From Mizuhopecten yessoensis (lineage: Eukaryota), in contig NW_018408363.1 in assembly GCF_002113885.1 (NCBI RefSeq), forward strand, positions 3,083 to 67,082: a stretch of 64,000 nt of DNA, given 5' to 3'. Position 1 is the first letter of the stretch. Every line of letters starts with the position of its first letter. A program made the translations under genes and the position numbers. The notes beneath the pieces were generated by a model. It was not told the DNA's origin and did not search any database. It saw only the letters and a program-made list of their open reading frames with translations. This document shows positions 42,480 through 55,100 of this stretch, piece after piece.

Positions 42480-45400
42480 GACAGTACGTGTTAACAATGA
42501 GAGACAAAATGTGATAATGATGACGGTATGTGTTAACAATGAGAGAGTGAATGTAATAATGACGACATTATGTGTTAACAATGAGAGAGTAAACGTAATA
42601 ATGCTGACAGCATGTGTTAATAATGGGAGAGTTAGTGTAATAGTGATGACGGTATGTGTTAACAATGAGACGGTAAGTGCTAGCAATGAGAAAGTAAATG
42701 TTATAATGATTATAGTATGTGTTAACAATGGGAGAGTAAGCGTAATAATGATGACGGTAAGTGCTAGCAATGAGAGAGTAAATGTAATAATGATGACGGT
42801 ATGTGTTAACAATGAGAGAGTAAATGTTATAATTATGACAATATGTGTTAACAATGACAGAGTAAGTGTAATAATGATGACGGTAAGTGCTAGCAATGAG
42901 AAAGTAAATGTTATAATGATGATAGTATGTGTTAACAATGGGAGAGTAAGTGTAATAATGATGACGGTAAGTGCTAGCACTGAGACAGTAAATGTACTAA
43001 TAATGATGACGGTATGTGTTAACAATGAGAGAGTAAATGTAATAATGATGACAGTATGTGTTAACAATGAGAGAGTAAACGTAATAATGCTGACAGCATG
43101 TGTTAATAATGGGAGAGTTAGTGTAATAATGATGACGGTATGTGTTAACAATGAGAGAGCAAATGTAATAATGATGACAGTATGTATTAACAATGAGAGA
43201 GTAAACGTTATAATGATGACAGAATGTGTTAACAATGGGAGAATAAGTGTAATAATGATGACGGTAAGTGCTAGCACTGAGACAGTAAATGTACTAATAA
43301 TGATGACGGTATGTGTTAACAATGAGAGAGTAAATGTAATAATGATGACAGTATGTGTTAACAATGAGAGAGTAAATACAATAATAATGACAGAATGTGT
43401 TAACAATGGGAGAGTAAGTGTAATGATGATGACGGTAAGTGCTAGCAATGAGAAAGTAAATGTATTAATAATGACAATATGTGTTAACAATGAGAGAGTA
43501 AACGTAATAATGATGACGGCATGTGTTAACAATGAGAAAGTAAATGTTATAATAATGACAGAATGTGTTAACAATGGGAGAGTTAGTGTAATAATGATAA
43601 CGGTAAGTGCTAGCAATAAAAGAGTAAATGTAATAATGATTACAGTATGTGTTAACAATGAGAAAGTAAATGTAATAATAATGACAAAATGTGTTAACAA
43701 TGGGAAAGTTAGTGTAATAATGATGACGGTAAGTGCTAGCCATGAGAGAGAAAATGTAATAATGATGACAGTATGTGTTAACAATGAGAGAGTAAATGCA
43801 ATAATGATGACGGTAAGTGCTAGCAATGAGAGAGAAAATGTAATAATGATGACGGTATGTGTTACCAATGAGAGCGTAAATGTAATAATAATGACAGAAT
43901 GTGTTAACAATCGGAGAGTTAGTGTAATAATAATGACCGAAAGTCCTAGCAATGAGAAAGTAAATGTACTAATAATGACAATATGTGTTAACAATGAGAG
44001 AGTAAACGTAATAATGATGAGGGTAAGTGTTAACAATGAGAGAGTAAATGTAAAAAATGATGACAGAATGTGTTAACAATGGGAGAGTAAGTGTAATGAT
44101 GATGACGGTAAGTGCTAGCAATGAGAGAGTAAATTTAATAATGATGACGGTATGTGTTAACAACGAGAGAGTAAATGCAATAATGATGACGGTAAGTGTT
44201 AACAATGAGAAAGTAAATGTAATAATAATGACAAAATGTGTTAACAATGGGAGAGTTGGTGTAATAATGATGACAGTATGTGTTAACAATGAGAAAGTAA
44301 ATGTTATAATAATGACAGAATGTGTTAACAATGGGAGAGAAAATGTAATAATGATGACGGTATGTGTTAACAATGAAAGAGTAAGTGTAATAATGATGAC
44401 GGTATGTGTTAACAACGAGAGAGTAAATGCAATAATGATGACGGTAAGTGCTAGCAATGAGAGAGTAAATGTAATAATGATGACGGTAAGTACTAGCAAT
44501 GAGAAAGTAAATGTACCAATAATGAAAATATGTGTTAACAATGAGAGAGCAATGAGAGAGAAAATGTAATAATGATGACGGTATGTATGTATTAATAATG
44601 ACAATATGTGTTAACAATGAGAGAGTAAACGTAATAATGATGAGGGTAAGTGTTAACAATGAGAGAGTAAATGTAAAAAATGATGACAGAATGTGTTAAC
44701 AATGGGAGAGTTCGTGTAATAATGATAACGGTAAGTGCTAGCAATAAAAGAGTAAATGTAATAACGATGACAGAATGTGTTAACAATGGGAGAGAAAATG
44801 TAATAATGATGACGGTATGTGTTACCAATGAGAGCGTAAATGTAATAATAATGACAGAATGTGTTAACAATGGGAGAGATAGTGTTATAATGATAACGGT
44901 AAGTGCTAGCAATAAAAGAGTAAATGTAATAACGATGACAGAATGTGTTAACAATGGGAGAGAAAATGTAATAATGATGACGGTATGTATGTATTAATAA
45001 TGACAATATGTGTTAACAATGAGAGAGTAAACGTAATAATGCTGACAGTATGTGTTAATAATGGGAGAGTTAGTGTAATAATGATGACAGTATGTGTTAA
45101 CAATGAGAGAGTAAACGTAATAATGATGACGGTAAGTGTTAACAATGAGAGAGTAAATGTAATAATGATGACGGTAAGTGTTAACAATGAGAAAGTAAAT
45201 GTAATAATGATGACGGTAAGTGCTAGCAATGAGAAAGTAAATGTACTAATAATGAAAATATGTGTTAACAATGAGAGAGTAAACGTAATAATGATGACGG
45301 TATGTGTTAACAATGAGGGAGAAAATGTAATAATGATGACGGTATGTGTTAACAGTGAGAAAGTAAATGTAATAATGATGACGGTAAGTGCTAGCAATGA

Positions 45401-47610
45401 GAGAGTAAATGTAATAATGATGACGGTATGTGTTAACAATGAGAGAGTAAATGCAATAATGATGACGGTAAGTGCTAGCAATAAAAGAGTAAATGTAATA
45501 ACGATGACAGAATGTGTTAACAATGGGAGAGTTAGTGTAATAATGATGACGGTATGTGTTAACAATGAGAGAGAAAATGTAATAATGATGACGGTATGTG
45601 TTAACAATGAGAGAGTTAATGCAATAATGATGACGGTAAGTGCTAGCAATGAGAGAGTAAATGTAATAATATTGAGAGAATGTGTAAACAATGGGAGAGT
45701 TAGTGTAATAATGATGACGGTATGTGTTAACAATGAGAGAGTAAATGTAATAATATTGACAGAATGTGTAAACAATGGGAGAGTTAGTGTAATAATGATG
45801 ACGGTAAGTCCTAGCAATAAGAGAGTAAATGTAATAATGATGACGGTATGTGTTAACAATGAGAGAGTAAATGTAATAATAATGACAGAATGTGTTAACA
45901 ATCGGAGAGTTAGTGTAATAATAATGACCGAAAGTCCTAGCAATGAGAAAGTAAATGTACTAACAATGATGATGGTATGTGTTTACGATTAGAGAGTAAA
46001 TGTAATAATGATGACGGTATGTGTTAACAATGAGAGAGGAAATGCAATAATGATGACGGTAAGTGCTAGCAATGAGACAGTAAATGTACTAATAATGATG
46101 ACGGTATGTGTTAACAATGAGAGAGAAAATGTAATAATGATGACGGTATGTGTTAACAATGACAGAGTAAATGTTATAATTATGACAATATGTGTTATCA
46201 ATGAGACAGTAAATGTAATAATGATGACAGTATGTGTAATAATGGAAAAGTACCAAAGTAAGAGAGTTATAGGCACAAAAATACCTTTACTGATGACTGT
46301 GTAATAATAATGACAATATGTGTTAACAATGAGAGAGTAAATGTAATAATAATGACAGAATGTGTTAACAATCGGAGAGTTAGTGTAATAATAATGACCG
46401 AACGTCCTAGCAATGAGAAAGTAAATGTACTAACAATGATGATGGTATGTGTTTACGATTAGTAATAATGATGACGGTATGTGTTAACAATGAGAGAGGA
46501 AATGCAATAATGATGACGGTAAGTGCTAGCAATGAGGCAGTAAATGTACTAATAATGATGACGGTATGTGTTAACAATGACAGAGTAAATGTTATAATTA
46601 TGACAATATGTGTTATCAATGAGACAGTAAATGTAATAATGATGACAGTATGTGTAATAATGGAAAAGTACCAAAGTAAGAGAGTTATAGGCACAAAAAT
46701 ACCTTTACTGATGACTGTGTAATAATAATGACAATATGTGTTAACAATGAGAGAGTAAATGTAATAATGATGACGGTATGCGTTAACAATGAGAGAGCAA
46801 ATGAAATAATGATGACGGTAAGTGCTAGCAATGAGGCAGTAAATGTACTAATAATGATGACGGTATGTGTTAACAATGAAAGAGTAAGTGTAATAATGAT
46901 GACGGTAAGTGCTAGCAATGAGACAGTAAATGTACTAATAATGATGACGGTATGTGTTAACAATGAGAGAGGAAATGCAATAATGATGACGGTAAGTGCT
47001 AGCAATGAGGCAGTAAATGTACTAATAATGATGACGGTATGTGTTAACAATGAGAGAGTAAATGTAAAAAATGATGACAGAATGTGTTAACAATGGGAGA
47101 GTAAATGTAATAATGATGACGGTAAGTGCTAGCAATGAGACAGTAAATGTACTAATAATGATGACGGTATGTGTTAACAATGAGAGAGTTAATGTAATAA
47201 TGATGACAGTATGTGTTAACAATGAGAGTTAATGTAATAATGATGACGGTATGTGTTAACAATGAGAGAGTAAATGTAATAATGATAACGGTATGTGTTA
47301 ACAATGAAAGAGTAAGTGCAATAATGATGACGGTAAGTGCTAGCAATGAGACAGTAAATGTACTAATAATGATGACGGTATGTGTTAACAATGACAGAGT
47401 AAATGTTATAATGATGACAATATGTGTTATCAATGAGACAGTAAATGTAATAATGATGACAGTATGTGTAATAATGGAAAAGTACCAAAGTAAGAGAGTT
47501 ATAGGCACAAAAATACCTTTACTGATGACTGTGTAATAATAATGACAATATGTGTTAACAATGAGAGAGTAAATGTAATAATGATGACAGTATGTGTTAA
47601 CAATGAGACT
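42480..47610. repeat. 42-bp satellite array (~5.1 kb, ~120 units) with higher-order blocks
   Basis: Unit gtaataatgatgacggtatgtgttaacaatgagagagtaaat, with a GCTAGC variant and 45-bp variants. Accounts for the VIMMTVCVNNERVN and ITFTLSLLTHTVII ORFs. Confidence 0.97.
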
Positions 47611-48529
47611 GTAATTATGAGAATATGTGATTTCATGAGAGTACGTGTTATATTGATGAGAATGTTTGTAGACAATGAGAAAAGTTTTTATTATAATTAT
47701 GTAAGCATGAGTGCAATGAGAGACTACCATTAATAATTAAGGCAGTATATAGTTAGAAGAAAAACATGTAATAATGATGTGAATACAAATAGAAAGTATT
47801 TGTAAAAGCAACGAGATGCTCACTAGCATAAAACCTGGTTTATTATCTTTCCATTTGTTGGAAGTTTTGCTTGAATATTGTTTTCTTGGTAGGTATCAAT
47901 TGGGTTTGGTTATAGAAAGTTCGTTTTGTCAGAGATCCATGACTGAACCAAGTACAAAAACGTAAAACAAGCACTAACAAGTTAAATAGATAAGAAGAGC
48001 ATGTAAATATGACAACCTATCAGACGAAATTAGACAATAAATTACAGAAAAGTGCTACTATTGGACTCAATACTCCTAGCTACAGAGGCAAGTAAGGGTG
48101 TGCCCACTCATTATTCAACAAGGTGGATATTACTAACATTGAATATATTAATTGAGCAGCTTTTTTTCTTACATTGTAGCTATCGAGTCAACATATTTAT
48201 GGCTTAATTTATTTTATTTGTATTGTTCCTATTTGAGGTGGTGTGTTAGCCGACGTAGGTGGTGAATGGATAATGTAGACAATAGACAAGTGCACTCTTG
48301 ATATAGATAAAAGTTAACTCTTGAAGTAGTTAGTTTCTAAGTAATACTTAAGAGGACCACGTGAGGTTGCTTCGTAGTACACACTTTGTGTCACTTTACT
48401 ACAGAACACGTGTTTCACCTGTGTTGTTGTGCATGTATTCACGTGTCGCAGTTTTGTTTTGTCGTCATAGGGTGTTGAACTTCAGTCAATAGCTTTTTAC
48501 GTATAACGTTTTTGAAAGATACGTATTTT

Positions 48530-49195
48530 ATTCAAAACAGACCATAGCGTAAACAAATAATAGCAATAACAAAATACACCATAGCGTCAACATACAGGAT
48601 AAAATAATCCACAACGTCAGCACACAATGATATAAAAATACATTGCAGTAAATATACCAAAGCTTAAGCACACAGGGACACAGAAAAAATAATAAACCAT
48701 AACGTCAGCAAACAGGGACAAAACGTGCCACACGACGTCAACACACAGGACAAAATAAGCCATAGCTTCATCACACAGGGACAAAATATACCACAGTGTC
48801 AGCACACAGTAAAAAACACACAATACACAATGATATCAAATATCATAGCGTCTATGCACAGCGGCAACTATACAAGAGCTTTGGCCTACAGACTACCAAA
48901 CAGGGGGAAATGTCCCATAGCGTTAACGCAAAACGGTTAAACAGATCACAGCGCCAACATGCAATTACAGAGCATACGTCTTCAACATACAGGACAGAGT
49001 ATAGACCAGCGTTAACACACAATGACAAAATATCTCCTAGAGTTAACTAAAACGAACAAAATATATCACAGCGTCATTACAGAGCATACGTCTTCAACAT
49101 ACAGGACAGAGTATTGACCAGCGTTAACACACAATGACAAAATATCTCCTAGAGTAAACTAAAACGAACAAAATATATCACAGCGTCAACACACA
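48530..49195. repeat. Degenerate ~30-bp tandem repeat plus a ~112-bp direct duplication
   Basis: acaaaatataccatagcgtcaacacacagg-like units; ttacagagcatacgtcttcaacatacaggacagag occurs twice (~48965 and ~49077). Confidence 0.7.
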
Positions 49196-49807
49196 AAGGG
49201 AAAAATGGGAACTACTACTCGACACTCAAAAGTCTTAAAAGAAACAGAAGATTCACCAAGGTAAATGGAAAAGCATGAGACTCACAAATATAAGAAGGTT
49301 AAATCAAGTGCTCCGACAGGATAGGACTCCTGTTTTATTAGGGTACAGAGTAAAGTATTTCCGGTTACATGTATATATGTAGATTGCTTAAAATTGTAAC
49401 TGCTTTGTATTCGAATGCATTTCATAACATCATTGCCTTGATGAGATTTAGACATGTTTTTCCTGCTTGTTTAAATTTTCAAAAACTGTATGTCAATTCA
49501 ATGCCCAAGATCTGTTTTCTCACTTAATAAGCAAATTATTGATAAATGTTTTCACACTAGCTACACAAAAGATAAAAGTATAGATATAGATATATATTTT
49601 TCGTGTATTCGTTCATATTAGTGTTTATGATGATGATTCACGATAATTTGTCTCTTTTTGTCTTATTAAAGTGTATTGTAGCTGATGCAAATAAAATAAC
49701 AACCAGTAATCAAGGTATTATTCACCGAGTTTATTGACATTAATAACATGTATACTCCATATAAACTATCCAGGCTCACCTAAGTTAAAAATTGTTGAAA
49801 CCGGCTG

Positions 49808-52118
49808 TTATTCTGAAAGTAAAAAACCAGAAAGTCATCAAACGTATTTACAAGGACATTGTAACAGTATAAATTAAAAGGACCTTGGTGTATTAGACAT
49901 ACTGGAAAATTTGCTCTTTTTTTCAAAACATGTCATTGTCTTTTGTATTTCAGGAGCGTAACAAATAAGAACTAAGATCCAACATGAAAGACCTGGGCCC
50001 GTATTCATAAAACCGTTCTCATGCTAAAGTATGGATTTCGTGCTCAAGTCTAATTTCTTGTTCTTGTAAGAATTAATAAACAAATCTTATTTTGTCAATG
50101 ACTTATTTAAAACAAATTAAGGAGACGTAAAACTGAATACTGTTTTCAATGTTTACATTTGACTTTTTGATTGTTTGACATGATTTAAGTGTATTAAAAG
50201 AAAGTTGGTTTGAGCACAGAATCCATGCTTGAGCATGAATACAGGCCCTGCTCACAAAAGGTCACAAAAATAAAAAATCATTTTAAGGGAACAACATAGA
50301 GATTAAATAGCTTACAAAAATACTCACGACAGTACGGAGAGTGACCGTTAGTTGTCAAGAAGAACGTCCCTGTCCTATTGGCCAGGAAAGAGTCGTACCC
50401 CATGACGGGACATGGTCCAGAGCCGCACCCTGGACATCTGCCTGCTACGTAGTCATCGTAGGAGGAGCAAGGGTGTGCGGTAAACTTACAGGGCCCTTGA
50501 AGTAGAGATTCCGTAAACAATCCCTCAGCTCGTTCGTGACTGCACGCCACCGACTCGAACGCATCTAAACAAGCGCAAAGAAACCATAAAGAAACACATA
50601 TGGTATATGACTGCAAATAATAGGGGCAGTTCCATAATCGAACTTTGAACTATGTGCTCTAGGATGAAATTATTGGAACAGAAATAAAATAAACACCTAA
50701 GGCACGAAAACAATGATTTCCATTAAACTAAAATTATGCAGAATCCAAAGGATGTTGCACCTTCACTTTCAACTCTTGTTTAAAGAAACTAGAGACTATT
50801 TTATCACATTGTTTATACGTATTAATTTAAACATACCAAACATTTCTGATAATGAATCTTATTTATACATTCGTAAATAGATGTGCGATAAGATAATAAG
50901 TATGTCAAACTAATAAGAATTTGATCGTACTCTCATTAAAACCCTAATCCTCGTAAGAAACCATGGCAATATTGCACGTACGCATTGTCAACGGTCGGTG
51001 TTACAAGTTATGCTAACTTAATTTTGTCTTCCTGAACGAGTACTTATTTTTCCCTGTGATGTCTAATTTGCAGGCAGGTAAGCTGGGGTCGTAAAACAAT
51101 GTCACAAAATATTGTAAATAAATAAGATTCTCATTAGTTTGCCAATCTGTGAAATAGCCATACCGGACGATTTCATGTAATGCAACGTACCCCTGTCATA
51201 CAAGTGATCTGATGCCAGTTATACCATTGTGATGAATGCGACCCGAATTACTCAATGATAACAGGTTAAACAAAATAATATTTTGAAACTAGAAAATTAA
51301 TTTATTGTATTTATTTTGTTGCTTGTATGTCTTTCATTAAAAATCAATCGTACTTTTTATCAGTTTGTCTCATCTCATTATCCTCAATAGTGTCTTTGTA
51401 AAAAAAACTCCGTTTTTTCTTAGACAGTCAACCGAAAATGACTGGGCGATGGGGTGGCGCAGTGGATAACGCGCTTGCCTTTCACCAAGATGGCCGTGGT
51501 TTGATTCCTCGATCGCACCTGCACGACACGTGGGTTTTCTCCGGGTACTCCGGTTCCCTCCCACATTAAGACCCCCTGCGAGCTTACATCCGGACCAACA
51601 AGAGTGATTAATATAAGTTAGATAACTTGTTTCATAATTGCTGTAAAAAAATGAAAATCTGCAATGTGAAAACCAGGGGAAAATTATCACTCTTTAAACT
51701 CCTTTAACGAACACTGAATGGTGTACCTGCTGTCTGTGAGCTTCAGCGTAATCTTATGAATTCATAGGAGTCCTCTATCACACTTATTTCTCACAGAAAA
51801 CAATACGCGGGTCAAGGATGTGCCAGGAGAGAACTAGGCGTTTGACACTTTTAACGGATATATTCTACACTTTATCTGACGTCGACGTGTACCAAGCTAC
51901 AACAGGAAACGCGCGTAGATAGGCCTGGCGGTGAGTGAGGTGTCATATGCGATGGTGGGACGAGGCAGTGCACTGTAACCGTGCCGAACTCCAGAGATTA
52001 TTCTAGCATGAAATATTTATAATGTTTCTGTTTAAATGTAGAATAATGTATATATCATATTCATAACTTTTATCAATTACCATTTTCACTGTTTTTGAAA
52101 GTGTATTAACCAAAAATG

Positions 52119-52155
<37 letters not shown>

Positions 52156-55100
52156 GGTTATATATATACCTGTTAAAAGGATATATATGAACAGCGAAAA
52201 CAATCTTTATTAAAATGGCTACATAGCAGTGTGTGCAATAATAAACAAATGTCTTAGTCTTATAAAAATCTTTCCTCTGTTTTTGAAATTCAATGTTTTA
52301 CATTTTTATGCACTTTCTAGCATACGATTCATTAGGAAGCAGTGGATCTTTCAAAACTTGATAAATAAGCACATTTTCTAAATTAGAATAATTTTAGACC
52401 CTATTTTCAACAACCAGAAAAAAACCTTCTATACTTAAAGTAACAAAATAAAACGACGGATTGAAAGATATTTAAACATACGTAGAAAGCTCAATTAAAA
52501 AACACGATTAAAATGTTTGTGAAACCGATTATGTTGTTTATCTTCAACATACATCAACTAACACTGAAACCGGACCTCTTGTTTTAGGGAGATGAATGAA
52601 TAGATAAACATACAGACATTGTTCCAGTACGGATATAGATATTTAGATATATAACACAAGTGCTTATGATATTATATATAATTTTCATATCAAAGTACCC
52701 TTCTCATTAAAACTCTTTACTGCAAATCTGTACTGTAAACGTGGTAAACACTGTTTGTGCACTGGATTTAGCACCGTTACACACTAGAGTTAATACCATA
52801 GTGAACTTAAATACTCTACAATGTCTTGACAAGTGCACTACCTTGTTCACTATTTGTGTGCTACAAAGTGCACTAGCTACCAATTCCAGTTTGCTCCCAA
52901 CTGTAATGGTGTCACAGTAACACCATGGACGTATATGTGATATATATATATATCTTGTAACACACAGTTTTAATTGAGACAATTGTGAATTAAGATTTAG
53001 CTGTTAATGTCATTGTCAAATGTCATTTACGATACCTCCTTATGAATAAGCAGGTACACTTATTAAAGTAGTGTACCTGAAGGTCTTACCTATAAATACT
53101 ATGTCAAAAGAGCATTTATAATCGATGATGTACCGACGCGTTTCACATCTTCCTTATTGTTAAAAGAAAGACTGTTGTTGACAGGATTTCAGTTAATTTC
53201 AAATAACCTTAACTGTATTTAACAGGTTTATTTATGAATTATGAAATTTCATTATTTTTCAGTAATGGTTGTGCTGATATTACATTTACTGATTTGTCTA
53301 ATATATCAACATGAAAACAATTATTTCGTAGTTTTTAACAAAAATGTAACTTCAGGGGCATATCCAAGATTTTGTGATGAGTGATGGGACACTACTTTCA
53401 TAATAAACCTTTTCAAATTTATCACATACGGTTGAGAGGATGGTGCATGATTTACATTTATTTTTTTTTTGAGGATGTGCTATGAAGGATTTTGGTATGG
53501 AGACACTAATGCTTTAAGCTCATGTTTGCTAATATTGTTTGATCTAACTTTATAAAACATCACGATAATTTAGGTTTTTTGGGTTGTTTTTTTTTATATT
53601 TGCTACTACGGTTGGAGCACTATTGTTTCAAACAGACCGTGCACAGACTAATCCTTGTTGGAGTTGGAAGCACAGACAACAAGATTTTCCATACCTATAG
53701 GTATTATTACTAAACAGTTCGTAGCATAGTGTCAAAATCGTACTTAAGTTGCCCATCATCGGCGAAAATGTTTTGAAAGTAAACTGTGTGTCATAGATTA
53801 TTAAACTGTATTTCAGGTGCTCGGTTATTTGGGGACAAAGTACTATTATTACCAAACCTTGCGCCGTGGATCGCCATATTGGCCTACAGCTGGTCCATTA
53901 AGAGAAGCAATACATTATTACGTTTACCGTTTGTCGTTGACTTTAAAATTGACCTTTATTTGAAAACCCATCACAACTAAAATGTGTGTTGTGGGCAATT
54001 AAACTGTCCTTTATTTGCACCGTTACCAGGGGATATTGCATGATAACTAAACTGTTAGCCGTGGACCGTCAAGCAATTAAAGTTGTTTCAACTAAAAGAA
54101 ACCTTGGAATTTAATGTTGAAGCATAGGTCTATTCTATTGTGCTTCTTGACATTGCTATATTGTTATCAAAATGTATTATCAAGCATTTAGCCAATTAAG
54201 CTTGAATTAGTCAGAATAAAAACTAAATAAAAAAAACTAATTGACGTTTGTATACTTGTCATAGCGATGCGGTTAGACATGAAAAGTCTTTATCAGGAAT
54301 AAAGAAGTCGGACTGAATTAAGTAGTTCAAGTCTGTCCAAGCTATCCATGTCGGTCGGCAGAGGAAAACCCCTATATCCGGCTGCTAGTCCACCCCCGTA
54401 ACTGTACTGTCGGGGCATGCTACTTCAGAAGATCCCACTTAAAAGGTCATGGTCATTAATGGACCATCAGGATAAGAATGGAGTGGTTTTGTTGGAAGTA
54501 GTCGACTTTGTGAATGGGATTGGGATCATGATCGAGGGAGGGGGAGTACTTCAATTGTGTAGTAATATGGATTTATGGACGTACGTATACAATTTTAAGT
54601 GATGGTCTGGTCAAATGTACTTACACAAGTTCATATTATGTGTACAGATAAGCATCATGGGAACTTGTGTATAAATGGCCGTTCCGACGGAATCTTGTTA
54701 TTTGTGTTGTACAGGAGGAGATTCCCTGATAATATGTACGAGTGAAGATTTATCTTGACCGAGGTGTCCTGACCTGACCGTGGCCTTAACTGGTGTATTA
54801 TACAAGATGATTATAAATTAAGTCTCGCCAAACAAAGCTTAATTCTTAGCGGCAGGTCTTGATTACGCTGTTAGCAAATTGTTTCATTTGGACATCAGGA
54901 ATATTTATGACTATTTATGACGACGAGATACCAACTATCTCGCCACACTGTGAGTCATTTGACTGAATGCAAGCAATCACAACGCCAGATTCTTACTAAA
55001 GTTGAACGACATATCGACAGGAATCTCCGACTATAAATAACTGTGAAGAGAATACGTACTTGTGAAAGCCATGGTTAGCAGCTGCTCAAGTGTTGTACTG

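Noticed and set aside
42418-47733. Long ORFs on both strands (up to 552 aa)
   Set aside because: They follow from a 42-bp unit (a multiple of 3) with a stop-free frame and 3-nt slippage. Frameshifts are scattered through the array and there is no splice or domain evidence.
51444-51515. tRNA gene (also 58795-58869 and 7600-7670)
   Set aside because: A/B boxes are present but I could not fold a cloverleaf; the sequence continues into SINE or LTR-like bodies.
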